64,000 nucleotides of DNA from the human T2T-CHM13v2.0 reference genome, Homo sapiens, in assembly GCF_009914755.1 (NCBI RefSeq), contig NC_060938.1. The stretch is one strand, 5' to 3'. Below, one piece after another: positions 1-12,407 of the stretch (within the stretch, counting starts at the first letter, position 1; the number at the start of each line of letters is the position of its first letter). The position numbers and the translations under genes were made by a program. Under the pieces are notes generated by a model, which was given only the letters and a program-made list of their open reading frames with translations, was not told the DNA's origin and ran no database searches.

Positions 1-724
1 AAGCAGAAACAACTGCAGAGCATCTCAAGAGTGGGAAGAAGGCCAGGATGGTTGAGCCCCAAGCATGATGGAGAGTAGTGAGATGAGGCCACGGAATAAG
101 GCCACAGGCACAGCAGCAGACCCTTGGACACACGCTGGGGCCCTGAGGATTTTCTCCTCTTGGCTTTTCTTTATCCCCTCACCTAGTATCCTCAGAGCTC
201 CCCCAAGCTTGCATCCAACTTGGCTTTGCACACTCTCCTCATGAATTTCAAAATCCTCACTCACTCCTCCTCCTCCCCATGAAAACATCCAGGCTCTCAT
301 CCTGGGCTAGCCTGGGGCAACACTATTTATGAGCTCCTGTCCCTTCCTACTGTCAGTTCTGCCTCCTTGGCCTTGCTGCTTCTTCAGCGTGAAGTGTCTT
401 GCTATTTTTTACTCCCTCTTGGTTCAAATTTATTCTCAGATCCTTCTTTTGATGATGTATAAATGCCTGGCTAGAGCTTCCTGTGTAATTCTTCCCAAGG
501 ATATTGGATATTGAAAGGGAAAGCAAGGCTTCTCTGATTTTACAAAAAGGAATCCCCATTCAGGGTCTCCAGAGAATGTATCTTTCAGAAAGCGGGGATA
601 TTTGTAGACTGACATTCTGGTGCTTTTAAAATCTGCTGTGTAACAACCTACCATTTTTCCCAAACTAAACTTGTCTGGCTCCTAGTAGAAATAGATGAGA
701 TCATTGCAGCTGCATTCAATAAAC

Positions 725-948
725 CAGTGGTTCTCAAGTGAGGGGAGATTTTTCCCCCAAGAGACTTAAAGTAATATCTGGAGACATTGTTGGTTTTCGC
801 ATTGGAATGAGATGGTGATGCTACTGGCAGCTAAAGTAGAGGTCAGGGATGCTGCTAAATCCTAAACATCCTCAATGCACAAGACAGTCCCCCAAACAAA
901 GAATTATCCAGCCCTAATTGTTAATAGTGCCGAGGCTGAAAACCTCTG
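725..948 (+). mobile_element. MER20 hAT-Charlie DNA transposon (MITE)
   Basis: Runs CAGTGGTTCTCAA...GAGGCTGAAAACCTCTG with MER20 core motifs (GCTACTGGCA, CAGGGATGCTGCTAAA, AAAGAATTATCC); 8-bp TSD CAATAAAC (717-724) / CAATAAGC (949-956). Confidence 0.9.
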
Positions 949-1349
949 CAATAAGCCCTTCCAACTTGGATGTCAGTTCAAGGTCTACCCTCCTCAACCC
1001 TGATTAATATTATTCAGTTGCTAACCACCTCCACAATGCACTCACATAATTACTGCATGTATTTGTATATATTTTTGTTGATTATAGGTTTTTCCTTCTT
1101 GTCCCTCCAACTTAGACATTTGAGGTCTTCAAGGAAATAAAACATCCTTTATATATACTTAGTAACCCAGTAAGCCCTGGTTGAGCAGTTGGCATCTGGC
1201 AGTCTTACTCTGTGTTGATAAGGATTATACAGACTGCCAAAAAGTACCAGATCTCCCTTTGGCTTTGCACATTCTCCTTGTATAGGAGATGGGATTGCTG
1301 CAATGGACCCAGGGCTTCTCTGTGTAGGAAGGGACAAGGGAATTAAATA

Positions 1350-1685
1350 GTAAAGATAGAACTGATCATTCTGTGGTGACAACAATACCAAAATCTCAGT
1401 GACTTTAAAACCACAAGACTTTATTGCTTACACACATAGCCACTGCAGACTAGCAAGGGGTTCTGGTCCTCCTAGTTCAGGGACCCAGGCTCTGTCATCC
1501 CAAGATGGGACTTTGGGGTTTACTTCAGGAGGGAAAGAGACTTTGGAGGATCAGGCCTCACCCCAGAATTGATACAAGCCACTTCTGCTCATGGCCAATA
1601 GGTCAGAAATACCCACACAGCCCCATCTAGCCTAGAAATAACAGCAAGCAGGACTAGGAGTTGTGGAGAGCAAATAGAATATTCA
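1350..1685 (-). mobile_element. Old MaLR LTR fragment (MLT1J/K/L-like)
   Basis: AAAATCTCAGTGACTTTAAAACCACAAGACTTTATT and CAGGGACCCAGGCT motifs typical of old MLT1 LTRs in reverse; boundaries approximate. Confidence 0.55.
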
Positions 1686-1895
1686 CTGAGTTCGAAGTCA
1701 GCTTCACCGCTTACAATCTGGGGTAAGCTATTTAACTTCTCTAGGCCTCAGTTTCTTCATCTGTCAAATGGCAATCATAATAAATAGATACTTCAGAGTG
1801 GTTGTGAGGATTAAATGAAATGTTCTATTTACAATCCATGGCACACTTCAGGCATATAGTACAGGCTCAGTAAAGGAAAGCTGCTATTGTTATTA
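1686..1895 (+). mobile_element. MIR SINE
   Basis: MIR core GCCTCAGTTTCTTCATCTGTCAAATGG...GGTTGTGAGGATTAAATGA. Confidence 0.85.
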
Positions 1896-2522
1896 CAATG
1901 ATGACTATAACGATAATGTTGTTGTTCTTGTTCTTTGGGCCAGGAGATCATAAGGCAAAGTAAACCCAAGTAGAGGCTGTGCCCTGACTGGCTTTTTCTC
2001 ACTGTGGTAACACAATGACTTGTCATTTTGTGTGTATTTTTGTTGTGTCCCTGAGGATGGCATTTACTCTTTGTTCTTTCATCCAAAATCATTTTTGAAT
2101 ACCTACTGTATTCCAAGCATTGTTCAAAGGGCTGAAAATAGAAAGATGAGTAAGACCTTGGTCCTGTCCTTCAGGAGTTCACAGCCTGGGGATGGGGAGG
2201 AGGTCTAAGGGAGCTAGGGGACAGCACGCAGCCAACTGAGGAGGGAAGAATTATGTCACAAAGGCTTCATGGAAGAACTGGTGACTGAAGGGCAAATAGA
2301 AGTTATCAGAGAAGGGGTCTAGACAAGGGAGAATGCAGTCAAGGAAAGAAGATTAGCAAAGGTATAGAGAGAGCTCGCTGCATGCTATAATTTAGCAAAG
2401 TCAGAGCAGTGAGTGGAGGAGAAGGGGCAGGAGATGGGGTGGGAGGGGTCTCTGTACAAAGAAGTTCAAGCAGGACAGTGATGTGATCAAATTTGTTTTT
2501 GAAATAAATCTATTTAAGTGGG

Positions 2523-2903
2523 TGTATTAGTCTGTAAGGGCTGCCATAACGAAATAGCCATGGGGTGGCTTAAACAACAGAAATTTACTTTCTCACACTT
2601 CTGGAGGCTGGAAGTCGAAGACCAAGATGGCAGCAGGATTGGTTTCTCCTTAGACCACTCTTTTTGACTTGCAGATGGCCGCCTCCTCTCTGTGTCCTCA
2701 TGTGGTGTTTTCTCTGTGGTGTACACATCACTGGTGTCTCTCTCTCTTCTTATGAGGACATGAGTCCTACCAAATTAGGGCCCCATCTTATGACCTCATT
2801 TAACCTTGATTACCTCCTTAAAGGTCCCATCTCCAAATATAGTCCCACTGGGGGTTAGGCTTCAACATACAATTTGGTAGGAGGGACAATTCAGTCCATA
2901 ACA
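2523..2903 (-). mobile_element. Solo MaLR LTR, MLT1A-like
   Basis: TGTATTAG...CCATAACA termini; perfect 5-bp TSD GTGGG (2518-2522 / 2904-2908). Confidence 0.9.
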
Positions 2904-3024
2904 GTGGGCAAGTTTGGCGGCAGACAAACCAAAGAGGAGAAAGCTGCCATAACTCAAGCAAAAAATTCTGAGGCCTGCACCGAGTTGGTGGGTGTAGGAA
3001 TGAAGAAAAAAAGAAATATCTGAA

Positions 3025-3127
3025 GGCTGGCCATGGTGGCTCACTCCTGTAAGCCCAGCACTTTGGTAGGCTGAGGTGAACAGATTGCTTAAGCCCAGGA
3101 GTTTGAGACCAACCTGAGCAACATGGC
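3025..3127 (+). mobile_element. AluJ, 5' part (split by THE1A)
   Basis: GGCTGGCCATGGTGGCTCAC...GCTTAAGCCCAGGAGTTTGAGACC...AACATGGC; the GCCCAGGAG motif is J-type. Confidence 0.9.
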
Positions 3128-5445
3128 TGTATTGGTCCATTTTCACACTGCTGATAAAGACATACCCAAGACTGAATAATTTACAAAAGAAAGAAGTTTA
3201 TTGGACTTACAGTTCCTCATGGCTGGGGAGGCCTCACAATCATGGTGGAAGGCAAGGAAGAGCAAGTCACATCTTACATGGATAGCAGCAGGCAAAGAAA
3301 GAGACCTTGTGCAACAAAACTCCTGATTTTAAAACCATCATATCTCATAAGAGTCATTCACCATCACAAGAACAGCGCAGGAAAGACCTGCCCCCATAAT
3401 TCAGTCACCTCCCACAGGGTTCCTCCCATGAGTTACACATGAGGAACACAGGGTTCCTCCCATGAGTTACAATTCAAGATGAGATGTGGGTGGGGACACA
3501 GCCAAACCATATCATTCCATCCCTGGCCCCTCCCAAATCTCATGTCCTCATGTTTCAAAACCAATCAAGCCTTCCCAAAAGTCCCCCAAAGCCTTAGCTC
3601 ATTTCAGCATTAACCCAGAAGTCCACAGTCCAACATTTCATCTGAGACAAGGCAAGTCCCTTCCACCCATAAGCCTGTAAAACCAAAAGGAAATTAGTTA
3701 CTTCTTAGGTACAATGGGAGTATGGACATTGGGTAAATACAGCTATTCCAAATGGGAGAAATTGGCCAAAACAAAGTGGCTAAAGGTCCCATGCAAGTCT
3801 GAAATCCAGCAGGGCAGTCAAATCTTAAAGCTCCAAAGTGATCTCCTATGACTCCAAATCTCACATCTGGGTCATGCTGATGCAAGAGGTGGGTTACCAT
3901 GGTCTTGGGCAGCTCTGCCTCTGTGGCTTTGCAGGGTATAGCCTCCCTCTCAGCTGCTTTCACAGGCTGGTGTTGAGTGTCTGTGGCTTTTCCAGGTGCA
4001 TGGTGCAAACTGTCAGTGGATCTACCATTCTAGGGTCTGGAGGATGATGGCCCTCTTCTCACAGCTCCACTAGATGGTGCCCCAGAAGGGAATATGTGTG
4101 GGTGCTCTGACCCTGCATTTCCCTTCTGCACTGCCCTAGCAGAGGTTCTCCATGAGCGCCCCAAGCCCTGTGGCAAACTTCTGCCTGGGCATCCAGGCAT
4201 TTCCATACATCTTCTGAAATCTAGGTGGAGGTTCCCAAACCCCAATTCTTGACTTCTGTGCACTCAAGGGCTCAACACCACATGGAGGCTGCCAAAGCTT
4301 GGATCTTGCACCCTCTGAAGTCACAGCTCGAGCTCCACGTTGGCCTTTCAGCCATAGCTAGAGTGCAGTGCACCAAGTCCCCAGCCTGCACACAGCACTG
4401 AGACTCTGAGCCCAGCCCATGAAACCATTTTCTTCTAGGCTTCCGGGCCTGTGATGGGAGGGACTACTGTGAAGACCTCTGACATGCCCTGGACACATGT
4501 CCCCCATTGTCTTGAGGATTAACATTCAGTTCCTTGTTACTTATGCAAATTTCTGCAACTGGCTTGAATTTCTCCTCACAAAATGGGTTTTTCTTATCTA
4601 TTGCATTGGCAGGCTGCAAATTTTCCAAACTTTTATGCTCTGCTTCCCTTATAAAACTGAACGCCTTTAACAGCACCCAAGTCACATCTTGAATGCTTTG
4701 CTGCTTAGAAATTTATTCCACCGGATACCTTAAATCATCTCTCTCAAGTTGAAAGTTCCACAGATCTCTAGGGCAAGGGCAAAATGCTGCCAGTCTCTGC
4801 TAAAACAAAGGAAGAGTCACCTTTGCTCTAGTTCTCAACAAGTTCCTCATCTCCATCTGAGACCACCTTAGCCTGGATTTCATTGACCATATCATTATCA
4901 GCATTTTTGTCAAAGCCATTCAACAAGTCTCAGGGTGTTCCAAACTTTCCCACATTTTCCTGTTTTATTCTGAGCCCTCCAAACTGTTCCAACCTCTGTC
5001 TGTTACCCAGCTCCAAAGTTGCTTCCACATTTTCAGGTATCTTTTCAGCTGTGTCCCATTCTACTGGTACGAATTTACTATGTTAGTTCATTTTCATGCT
5101 GCTGATAAAGACATACCTGAGACTGGACAATTTACAAAAGAAAGAGGTTTATTGGATTTATAGTTCCATGTGTCTGGGGAGGCCTCACAATCATGGCAGA
5201 AGGCAAAGAGGAGCAAGTCACATCTTATATGGATGGCAGCAGGCAAACAGAGAGCTTGTGCAAGGAAACTCCCATTTTTAAAACCATCATATCTTGCGAG
5301 ACTCACTCAGCATCACAAGACAGCATAGGAAAGACCTGCCCCCATAATTCAATCACCTCCCACTGGGTTCCTCCATGACATGTGGGAATTGTGGGAGTTA
5401 CAATTCAAGATGAGATTTGGGTGGGAACACAGACAAACCATATCA
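3128..5445 (-). mobile_element. Full-length THE1A MaLR provirus (3' LTR 3128-3514, internal 3515-5078, 5' LTR 5079-5445)
   Basis: Two homologous ~370-390 bp LTRs ending CAAACCATATCA; THE1A-type GAGCAAGTCACATCTTA(C/T)ATGGAT; ~1.56-kb THE1 internal region; polypurine tract next to 3514 on the minus strand; TSD ATGGC/AAGGC. Confidence 0.92.
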
Positions 5446-5450
5446 AAGGC

Positions 5451-5690
5451 AAAACCCTGTCTCTACTAAAAATACAAAAAATTAGCTGGGCATGGTGGTG
5501 TGCACCTGTAGTCCCAGCTACCAGGGAGGCTGAGATGGGAGGATCACCTGAGTTCAGGTGGTTAAGGATGCAGTGAATCGTGACTGCATCACTGCACTAC
5601 AGCCTGGGTGACAGAGCAAGACCCTGTCAAAACAAACAAACAAAACAAACAAACAAAAACAAGAAAGAGAGAGAAAGAAAGAAAAAAAGA
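5451..5690 (+). mobile_element. AluJ, 3' part with (AAAC)n/(GAAA)n tail
   Basis: AAAACCCTGTCTCTACTAAAAATACAAAAATTAG...GACCCTGTC; TSD AGAAATATCTGAA (before 3025) / AGAAGTATCTGAA (~5690-5702). Confidence 0.9.
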
Positions 5691-7877
5691 GAAGTATCTG
5701 AAAATTTTTAAGTTGGTAGAATTGACAGGATGTGATAACAGAACAGTGGTATGACTTAGGTAACTGGGTAGAGAATAACAACACTATGAGGTAGAGAGAA
5801 AGCAGTATATAGGGGAAAGACAAAGAGTTCACTATTTAACTGTTGATTTTGAGTTTCCTAGAGGACCTACCAGCAGAGAAATTAAGCATATAGTAGGTAC
5901 ATGGTCTGGCTTAGGAAAGAAATCTAGACTGGAAATACAGATTTGGGAATTGTCAGCATGGATAGAGGCTAGCTAAGGACGTGAAGGTAAATGAAGACAC
6001 CCAAGGAAAGTAAGCAGAGTGAAAAGAAGAGGTGGCCAAAATCCAAATCCTAGAAAATGTCATTTAAAGAGTGGGTGGAATAAGCATTATTCAGAAAGGT
6101 GCTTGAGAAAAAGAACCAGGAAGGGAATTGAAAAATCAAGAGCATTTGAGGTCACTAAAGCCAGGGGAGGAAAGGATTTCGGATAAGGCTTGGTCAGCAG
6201 GGTCAAACGTCACCAAAACATTCACAATGTGGATTTAAAAATAGATTCACATGCAGATATCATGAGTGACCTCCATCAGAACAGTTGTACTGGGGAAGAC
6301 ACAGAAGCCAAACTGGCAGTATAACATGAGGAAGACGAGGCACTGAGTAAATTAACCTTTTAAATTTCTTGACTGGGCATGAAATGACAAGGAAAGAATA
6401 GAAACTAGAAGGAATTTATAAGCAAATCAAGGATTTGGCTTTGTTCAGGTAAAAGACTTAGGCACATTTATATGTGGAGGGGCATGTGCCAGTTAATAGG
6501 TAGGTTGAAAATATAGAGAGTATAGGAAACTTATGGCCTAAGGTTCCCAAGGAATCAGGGGTGTGCAATCCAGGGTCCAGGAAGAAGAAATAGCATCAGG
6601 CATAAGAATCTTCTGCATAAGCAGATTATGTCCCTGAAGTCAAACAAAAAAGTCAGAATACCTAGACTCTCCCTCTGCTGTCCATACAAGCCCTAGAATA
6701 AATTCTTCACATTATCACTTCTGCTTTACTGGGGGCTTTTGCCCTGCTCCGTTATCTCCCTCTTTTTCAGGACAAACACATTTTTCCAGGTTGGGCTATT
6801 GTTAACTACACATCTGGGACTTGGCACAACTCCTTAGCACCTAGTAGGTTCATTAAATACCGGCTGAGTAAATCAACCCAGGGACAGAGCCTTAGCCTGT
6901 TCAGTGCAGACTCTGCACTTTCCCATAGTCACCAGAGAATGGACCATATGGGTAGTCAGGTGAAAAGAACAGGCAGACACACGTGCAGGGAAGCTCTCTA
7001 GGAAAGATTCATTATTCATTCCACAAACATTTACTGAGTGTATGGTGCTGCCTTCAACTATAGAACAGATGGCCCAAGGCAACTGATATACAAGGCCTCC
7101 TCCAAACTGGAGGATTCCCTGCTCCCCGCAAATGACAAATCAGTGGCTTCTGCACGTACCCATCTGCCGTGATCTGGAGCCCAAATATTCTCTCTGAATC
7201 CCAGGCATGGGAAAGCAGATCACTACCAATTTTTCTTTCTGTCAACAGGAGTTGAGGAATAATTATGCCCAATTGACATAAGCAGCTCCGATTGCCTTCA
7301 GAACTTGGCCTGAAGCCCAATTATATTCCTCTAGCTTGTGCCACAGTACATGAAAAGTACAATTTGTCTCATTTCCTTCTCTTACTTTTTAGAATATTCA
7401 AAAAAATTGGCTTAGTGAAACCAACCAAGCATGTTCTTTAAGAATAATTTTGAACACAATCCATAAGCCAAGTTAATATGATATATATTCTAAGAGAAAT
7501 TCAGTTGAAAGAACCTAGATAATTTTTAAATTACATGCACATGAGTAAAGTATATTGCATACAAATAATTTTAAAATGCTGTTGCTAGGTTGAATATAAA
7601 TCAAAGTGGTAAATATGTTCATGCATACACACACATAAGGTCCCACATTCGCCAATGTGCTCTTTTGTAAAAATTATTTTCTAAGCTGGTTGTTCGAAAT
7701 TTAGATTGTATGTTTCCAGAAATAATGTGTAAATGGAAGGCAGCTTCCCAGGGTCGTCCTTCCAAAACTAACTTCACCTATAATTCAGATGAACTTGGTA
7801 GGACTGATTTGATTCCCAGTGGCAATGGAGTATGTATTCAGAAGGAGAGAAAAAGAAGAAAGGAGAGCAGAGGATTT

Positions 7878-7914
7878 AAAACAAACAAACAAACAAACAA
7901 ACAAACAAAAAAAC
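7878..7914. repeat. (AAAC)n microsatellite
   Basis: About 7 perfect AAAC units. Confidence 0.95.
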
Positions 7915-8294
7915 AGCTCCATGTAAAAACTGTTACTAGGTTGGGTGCTGGTCTTTGCATCCTCCTCTTTCCAAGACCGCCATGCTGCCCTAAGTCTCAT
8001 GTTCTGGAATCATTTCCCCTACCAAGACCCCCACTTGATACCAAAGGCTCCATAAACCAGCTGTGCTTATTCCTTGTCCATGACTAAAATCCACATTCCC
8101 CCAGAAACACAAACCCCACTCCATGGCACTGCCTGTGGGTTTACCCTCAGGAGAAGGTCCCAAGGTGGAACACGCTGGTGAGACCCAGAACAAGGGAGAG
8201 TTTGTTTGGCTCATATAGGAAGCTCAGCTTGCTCAGTTTTGTTTTCTTTCTTTTCCAAACTAATTTGGTTACTAATACTCTAAAAAGCAGAGTA

Positions 8295-9115
8295 GATATT
8301 ATGAGTGCTCACCAACGTCCACTTAGCCTCTTCTGGGCACACCTCTCAGTCCCTTAGTAGTAGGTGGAGCCACACGACCACCCTGGCCAACAGACCATGA
8401 GCAGAAATGACATGTGTCCTTAAGGCAGAGGCAGGGAAAAGCTCCTCTGTGAGATGACCCACTCTTTCTGTTTCTTGATGTACTCGTTTCCTAGGGCTGC
8501 TATAACAAAGTACCATAAACTGAGTGGCTTCAATAACAGGAATTTGTTGTCTCACAGTTCTGGAGGCTAGAAGCTTGAACTCAAGGTGCTGGCAGGGTCG
8601 TGTTCCCTATGAAGACACCAGGGAAGGATCTGTTCCAGGTCTCTATCCGAGGTCCTGGTGGTTCCTTGGCTTGTGGCAGCATCACTCCAATCTTCGCGTG
8701 ATGTTTTCCCTGTGTATGTGTCTCTCTCTGTGTCCATAATTCCCCCTTTTTGTAAGGACAGCAGTTCTACTGGGCCAGGGCCCACTTAATAATATCATTT
8801 TAACTTGCTTACCTCTGTAAAATCCTGCCTAAATAAGGTCACATTCTGAGGTACTGGTGGTTAAGCCTCAAACATATCTTTTTAGGGAGGATGCAATTCA
8901 ACCCATAACACATGGCCACTGGGAACATGGAGACCTGGTATTGAGATGGTGGAGCTGGGATGGCTGAGTTGATGCAGAGAGGGAAGCTGCCCTGGAAAGT
9001 TATCCAGATTGCTTGAATACTTCAAAGTGGGATAAATAAACTTTTCTTAAGCCACTGGCATTTGGGGAGCTGTTGGTTTTCACGGCATAGCCTAGCCTAG
9101 CCACATAATGATACA
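8295..9115 (+). mobile_element. Old MLT1 (H/I/J-like) LTR interrupted by a younger MLT1
   Basis: TGAGCAGAAATGACATGTGTC before, and AAATAAACTTTTCTTAAGCCACTG...GATACA after, the 8479-8910 insert. Confidence 0.6.
8479..8910 (-). mobile_element. Solo MaLR LTR, MLT1B/C-like
   Basis: TGTACTCGTTTCCTAGGGCTGCTATAACAAAGTACC...AATTCAACCCATAACA. Confidence 0.85.
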
Positions 9116-9669
9116 AGAATATTTTATGTAAAAATCTATACTGCTTCCTTGGATGATGTAGCTTGCTGGGCATGTGTCTCTGCATGGCAACCATCAGCAG
9201 GCAATTGAAGAGCAATAATTTCCTTAGACTGAATCAAATTCTGCTTCCAATTCCCCCATGCACTACAATCCCTGCTACTCCCTAACATTACCCCGAACTA
9301 TTATATCAATGTCTATCTTCCCTTGTGTCTCTGCTCCTCTTCTTCTTACTCTTACCTGCTTTGTTTATATTACCTGTCTGGCCTCTTTAAGCTTGTGAGG
9401 CTGCCAACTCCGCTCTAAACTGGCCCTGTTATTTATAGCTGCCTCCTTATTTCCCTTTCTGAACCTTTAAATTATAACCTTTGTTTGTGCTCTCAATAGT
9501 TCCCCAGGTAGCTGCAGGTTATAATGGAGGAGTAAGTCCTTTTGAGCTTAGGGTTCATAATCACCTGTTTTTCCTGTTCACTTTAAACATGGAGGCATAA
9601 ACACATTTCAGGGGCAATTTCAAATATATGTTGAAAAGTCACCATAATGTCACAAATAAACTTTATACC

Positions 9670-9860
9670 TATTTTCAAAGCATTTGATACTCATAATAAT
9701 TCTAATAGGTTAGTAGAAGTATTATTATCATCTCTTTATTGATGAAGAAACTAAAGAGTAAAGAAATTAGATGATATACCCACTGCCCCAGAACTGTCAG
9801 GGTGGAGAGGGATGAAGCCTGTAGCCCTTAGGACTCTAAGGGCAATGTCCTTCTCAACCT
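9670..9860 (-). mobile_element. MIR SINE
   Basis: Reverse MIR core ATTATTATCATCTCTTTATTGATGAAGAAACTAAAG. Confidence 0.65.
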
Positions 9861-10539
9861 CAAGATCTCTGTTTCCTCATAGAACAAATGAAGTTATTTA
9901 ACAAGGAGTAGGCATTCTCAGACATCAGCAAGATGGCCAACTAGAAGCCCTTCCACTTGCTCCCCACCCCCAACAAAGACAGACAAAACTAAAAATAAAT
10001 AACAACATTTAAATGATAATAATTAAATACATTTAAATGTACTTACTACATTTAAATGAAAATAATTTAAAAAGAGCACCAGAGTACATCAAAGGAGTCA
10101 CAGAAACCCTGGCAAGCACAGAAACTGAGGATAGCCACAGAAAGAACAAAGGAACCATTCCATCCCCAAGCTGGGATCAGCTGGGAGTCAGAAGGAACTT
10201 CCTTCTCTGGGGATAAGGTCAGCAAGAGGACGCCAGTGCCCTTATCAACACCCTGAACACCTACAGACCTCACCACTGGGGGCCCTGGCAGTCCTCACAG
10301 GCACTAAGCCCAGCTGAGAGAGCTGCCTGTGGTCCACAAAGCTGTGCTCCTCCCAGAGAAGGAGCCAACACTATGCCTTGCCCCTTGTGGTCCAAGCAGC
10401 TACTATGGTATTTTGTCTTGGAACTAGAACTACTGCTGGAGTCTATCTTGCTCTGGGGACAAGTGGCCATAGTACTCTTTTTTCCCTGAGGCTAAGCTGC
10501 TATAGAACCACCCGTACCTTGTGGCCCAAACATCCCTAA

Positions 10540-11460
10540 GCTGAGCTAACAGCAACTGTTTCACCTTTCCCATGGGGACAAGTAGTGGTGAAGCCACTCC
10601 ATCCACCCCTCCCAGTCAAGGTTGCACCCCACCCCCACGAGCTGGAACTGAAGTTGAGCACTCTTTCTCTGGGAAATAGCATCTTGGCAGAGCAGCTCTA
10701 TCTACCCCTCTCAGTGGCTGCTGTGCCCTGCCCCTAGGGGCCTAAGCTGAAGCTGCACACTGTCTTTCAAGAAAACATTACCTTAATGGAGCCACTCCAT
10801 CCACTTCTCCCCATTGCTCTCAGGGCCAAGCTAAAGCTGCACACCCTCTCCAAGGAAACAGTGCTTTGGCTGAGCTGCTTCATCTACCCTTCCCAGTTGC
10901 TGCTGCACCTGTCCCAAGGGACTTGAGCTGACGCTATGCACTGCTTCCCATGGAAATGGTGCTTTCATGGAGGTGTGCCATATACTCCTCCCAGTCGATG
11001 CTACACCCTGCCACCTGTGCTTCAGGTGTGCTCAAGCAATGCCTGGCATCCTGGGAAATGGAGCCTTGGCCACCCAGAGCTGTCATGCCGCCCACTTCCT
11101 GAGCTGAAGTGATACCCTGACTCCTGGGAAAGCAGTACTTTGGCTTCCCAGATAGTCCTGCCTCCCTAGTACCTAAGTTGAAGCAGCACCCTGCCTCCAA
11201 GGAACCTGTGCCTTCATCCCCCAGAGTGGTGATGCACACAAGTACTAAGTGGAAGCAACATCATGCATTTTAGGGAAATGATATGTGGGCTGTCCAGAGT
11301 AGTCACCCTCACCAAGCCTGAGCTGAAGCAGTGCATCATCCGTGGGGAACTGGGGCCTTGGACGAGCTGAGCAGCTGAGTATTCCAGTGCTGACCTGCTA
11401 TAATATCCCATGTTCCAGGGAAACAGAGCAGTGGCTGAACTGAAACACCCTTCCCTACAG
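10540..11460 (+). repeat. Degenerate tandem monomer array in the L1 5'UTR (~99-bp, then ~73-bp period)
   Basis: Motif (G/A)AGCTGAAG...GG(G)AAA...TTGG recurs at 10645, 10744, 10828, 10925, 11028, 11101, 11175, 11247, 11320. Confidence 0.75.
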
Positions 11461-12407
11461 GCCAAACATCTCTAGTGTCCTGCTTCGCTGGTACTATACT
11501 AGCCTTGTAGAGACTGAACTTCTGAGACATCCTTCTCCCTGGGTATTGGAGTCATTACTATGCTGCTTCCCAATCGCCAGGGCCAAAATGACAGCTACAC
11601 TCTGCTCATCTTGGGTCCTTTCTGCCACTGCACCTGGTCTCACAGGTGTCAATCCTCACCATCCCAGAGTCTAGAGTCACTACTGCACAGGGCCTGATCC
11701 CCTGGGATCTGAGTTGCCACTGAGCCCTGTTGGCTCTGGTTTCTGAATTGCAGCCACGCACTGCTCTCTGAGCCCAAACCTCAAGAGCACTACTTCTTTC
11801 CTGGAGCTGGGCCAAGAGCTGTGCCTTGCCCACCAGGGTCAGAATAACAGTTACTACCCAGCCCCTGGGTCAAGCTGTTAGGTAGTGCCTCAGAGTGACA
11901 GAAACTGGCTCTGTGGGCAATGTAAATAAAACTTTGCCACAGAGAGTGAACCTGTACCCCAAGACCCAGATGCCACAATAGATTCATAAGACCTGAGCTT
12001 AGAACCCTGGCTCCACAACCCCATCAAGCATCTATACCTGGAACCCAACACAACTGAAGGTGCCTGTAGACACTATGTCAGGCCCATCATCAAGAGGGAG
12101 CCTCTCAACTTGGTCTCCCCATTGTGGGGAAAATGAAAATAAGAGGACCCCAAAAGCCATTGCCACTGAGGACTTTAACAACCTACATTGCCACCTTAGC
12201 TGCCACAAACTTCTACAGCCTGAGTCACTGAGGCACCCACAGTTATTGCTGACATTGATCACAGACGAAGAAGCAGAATGAAGACAGTACTACTGCATCT
12301 ACTCAGAATCAGAGTCATCATGTCCTTCCCAACAAGCACACTAAGATCCAACTACAGGTGAAAGTCTTTCTCTACAAAATCCACTCTAGAAAGTTCAGAA
12401 GAGGAAA

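Larger units (their letters stand above)
2075..6600 (-). mobile_element. Fragmented L2 LINE (pieces ~2075-2515, 2909-3024, 5703-6600), interrupted by MLT1A, AluJ and THE1A
   Basis: Reverse L2 3' end (TTGAATACCTACTGTATTCCAAGCATTG...GTCCTTCAGGAGTTCACAG); purine-rich L2 body resumes after the Alu tail (CTGGAAATACAGATTTGGGAATTGTCAGCAT). Confidence 0.65.

Noticed and set aside
3694-4685. ORFs within the THE1A internal region
   Set aside because: Broken fragments of the non-autonomous MaLR internal sequence; no intact reading frame.
10540-11460. Repeat-spacer-like periodicity suggesting a CRISPR-type array
   Set aside because: Units are degenerate along their whole length and lie inside an L1 5'UTR in primate DNA; no cas genes.
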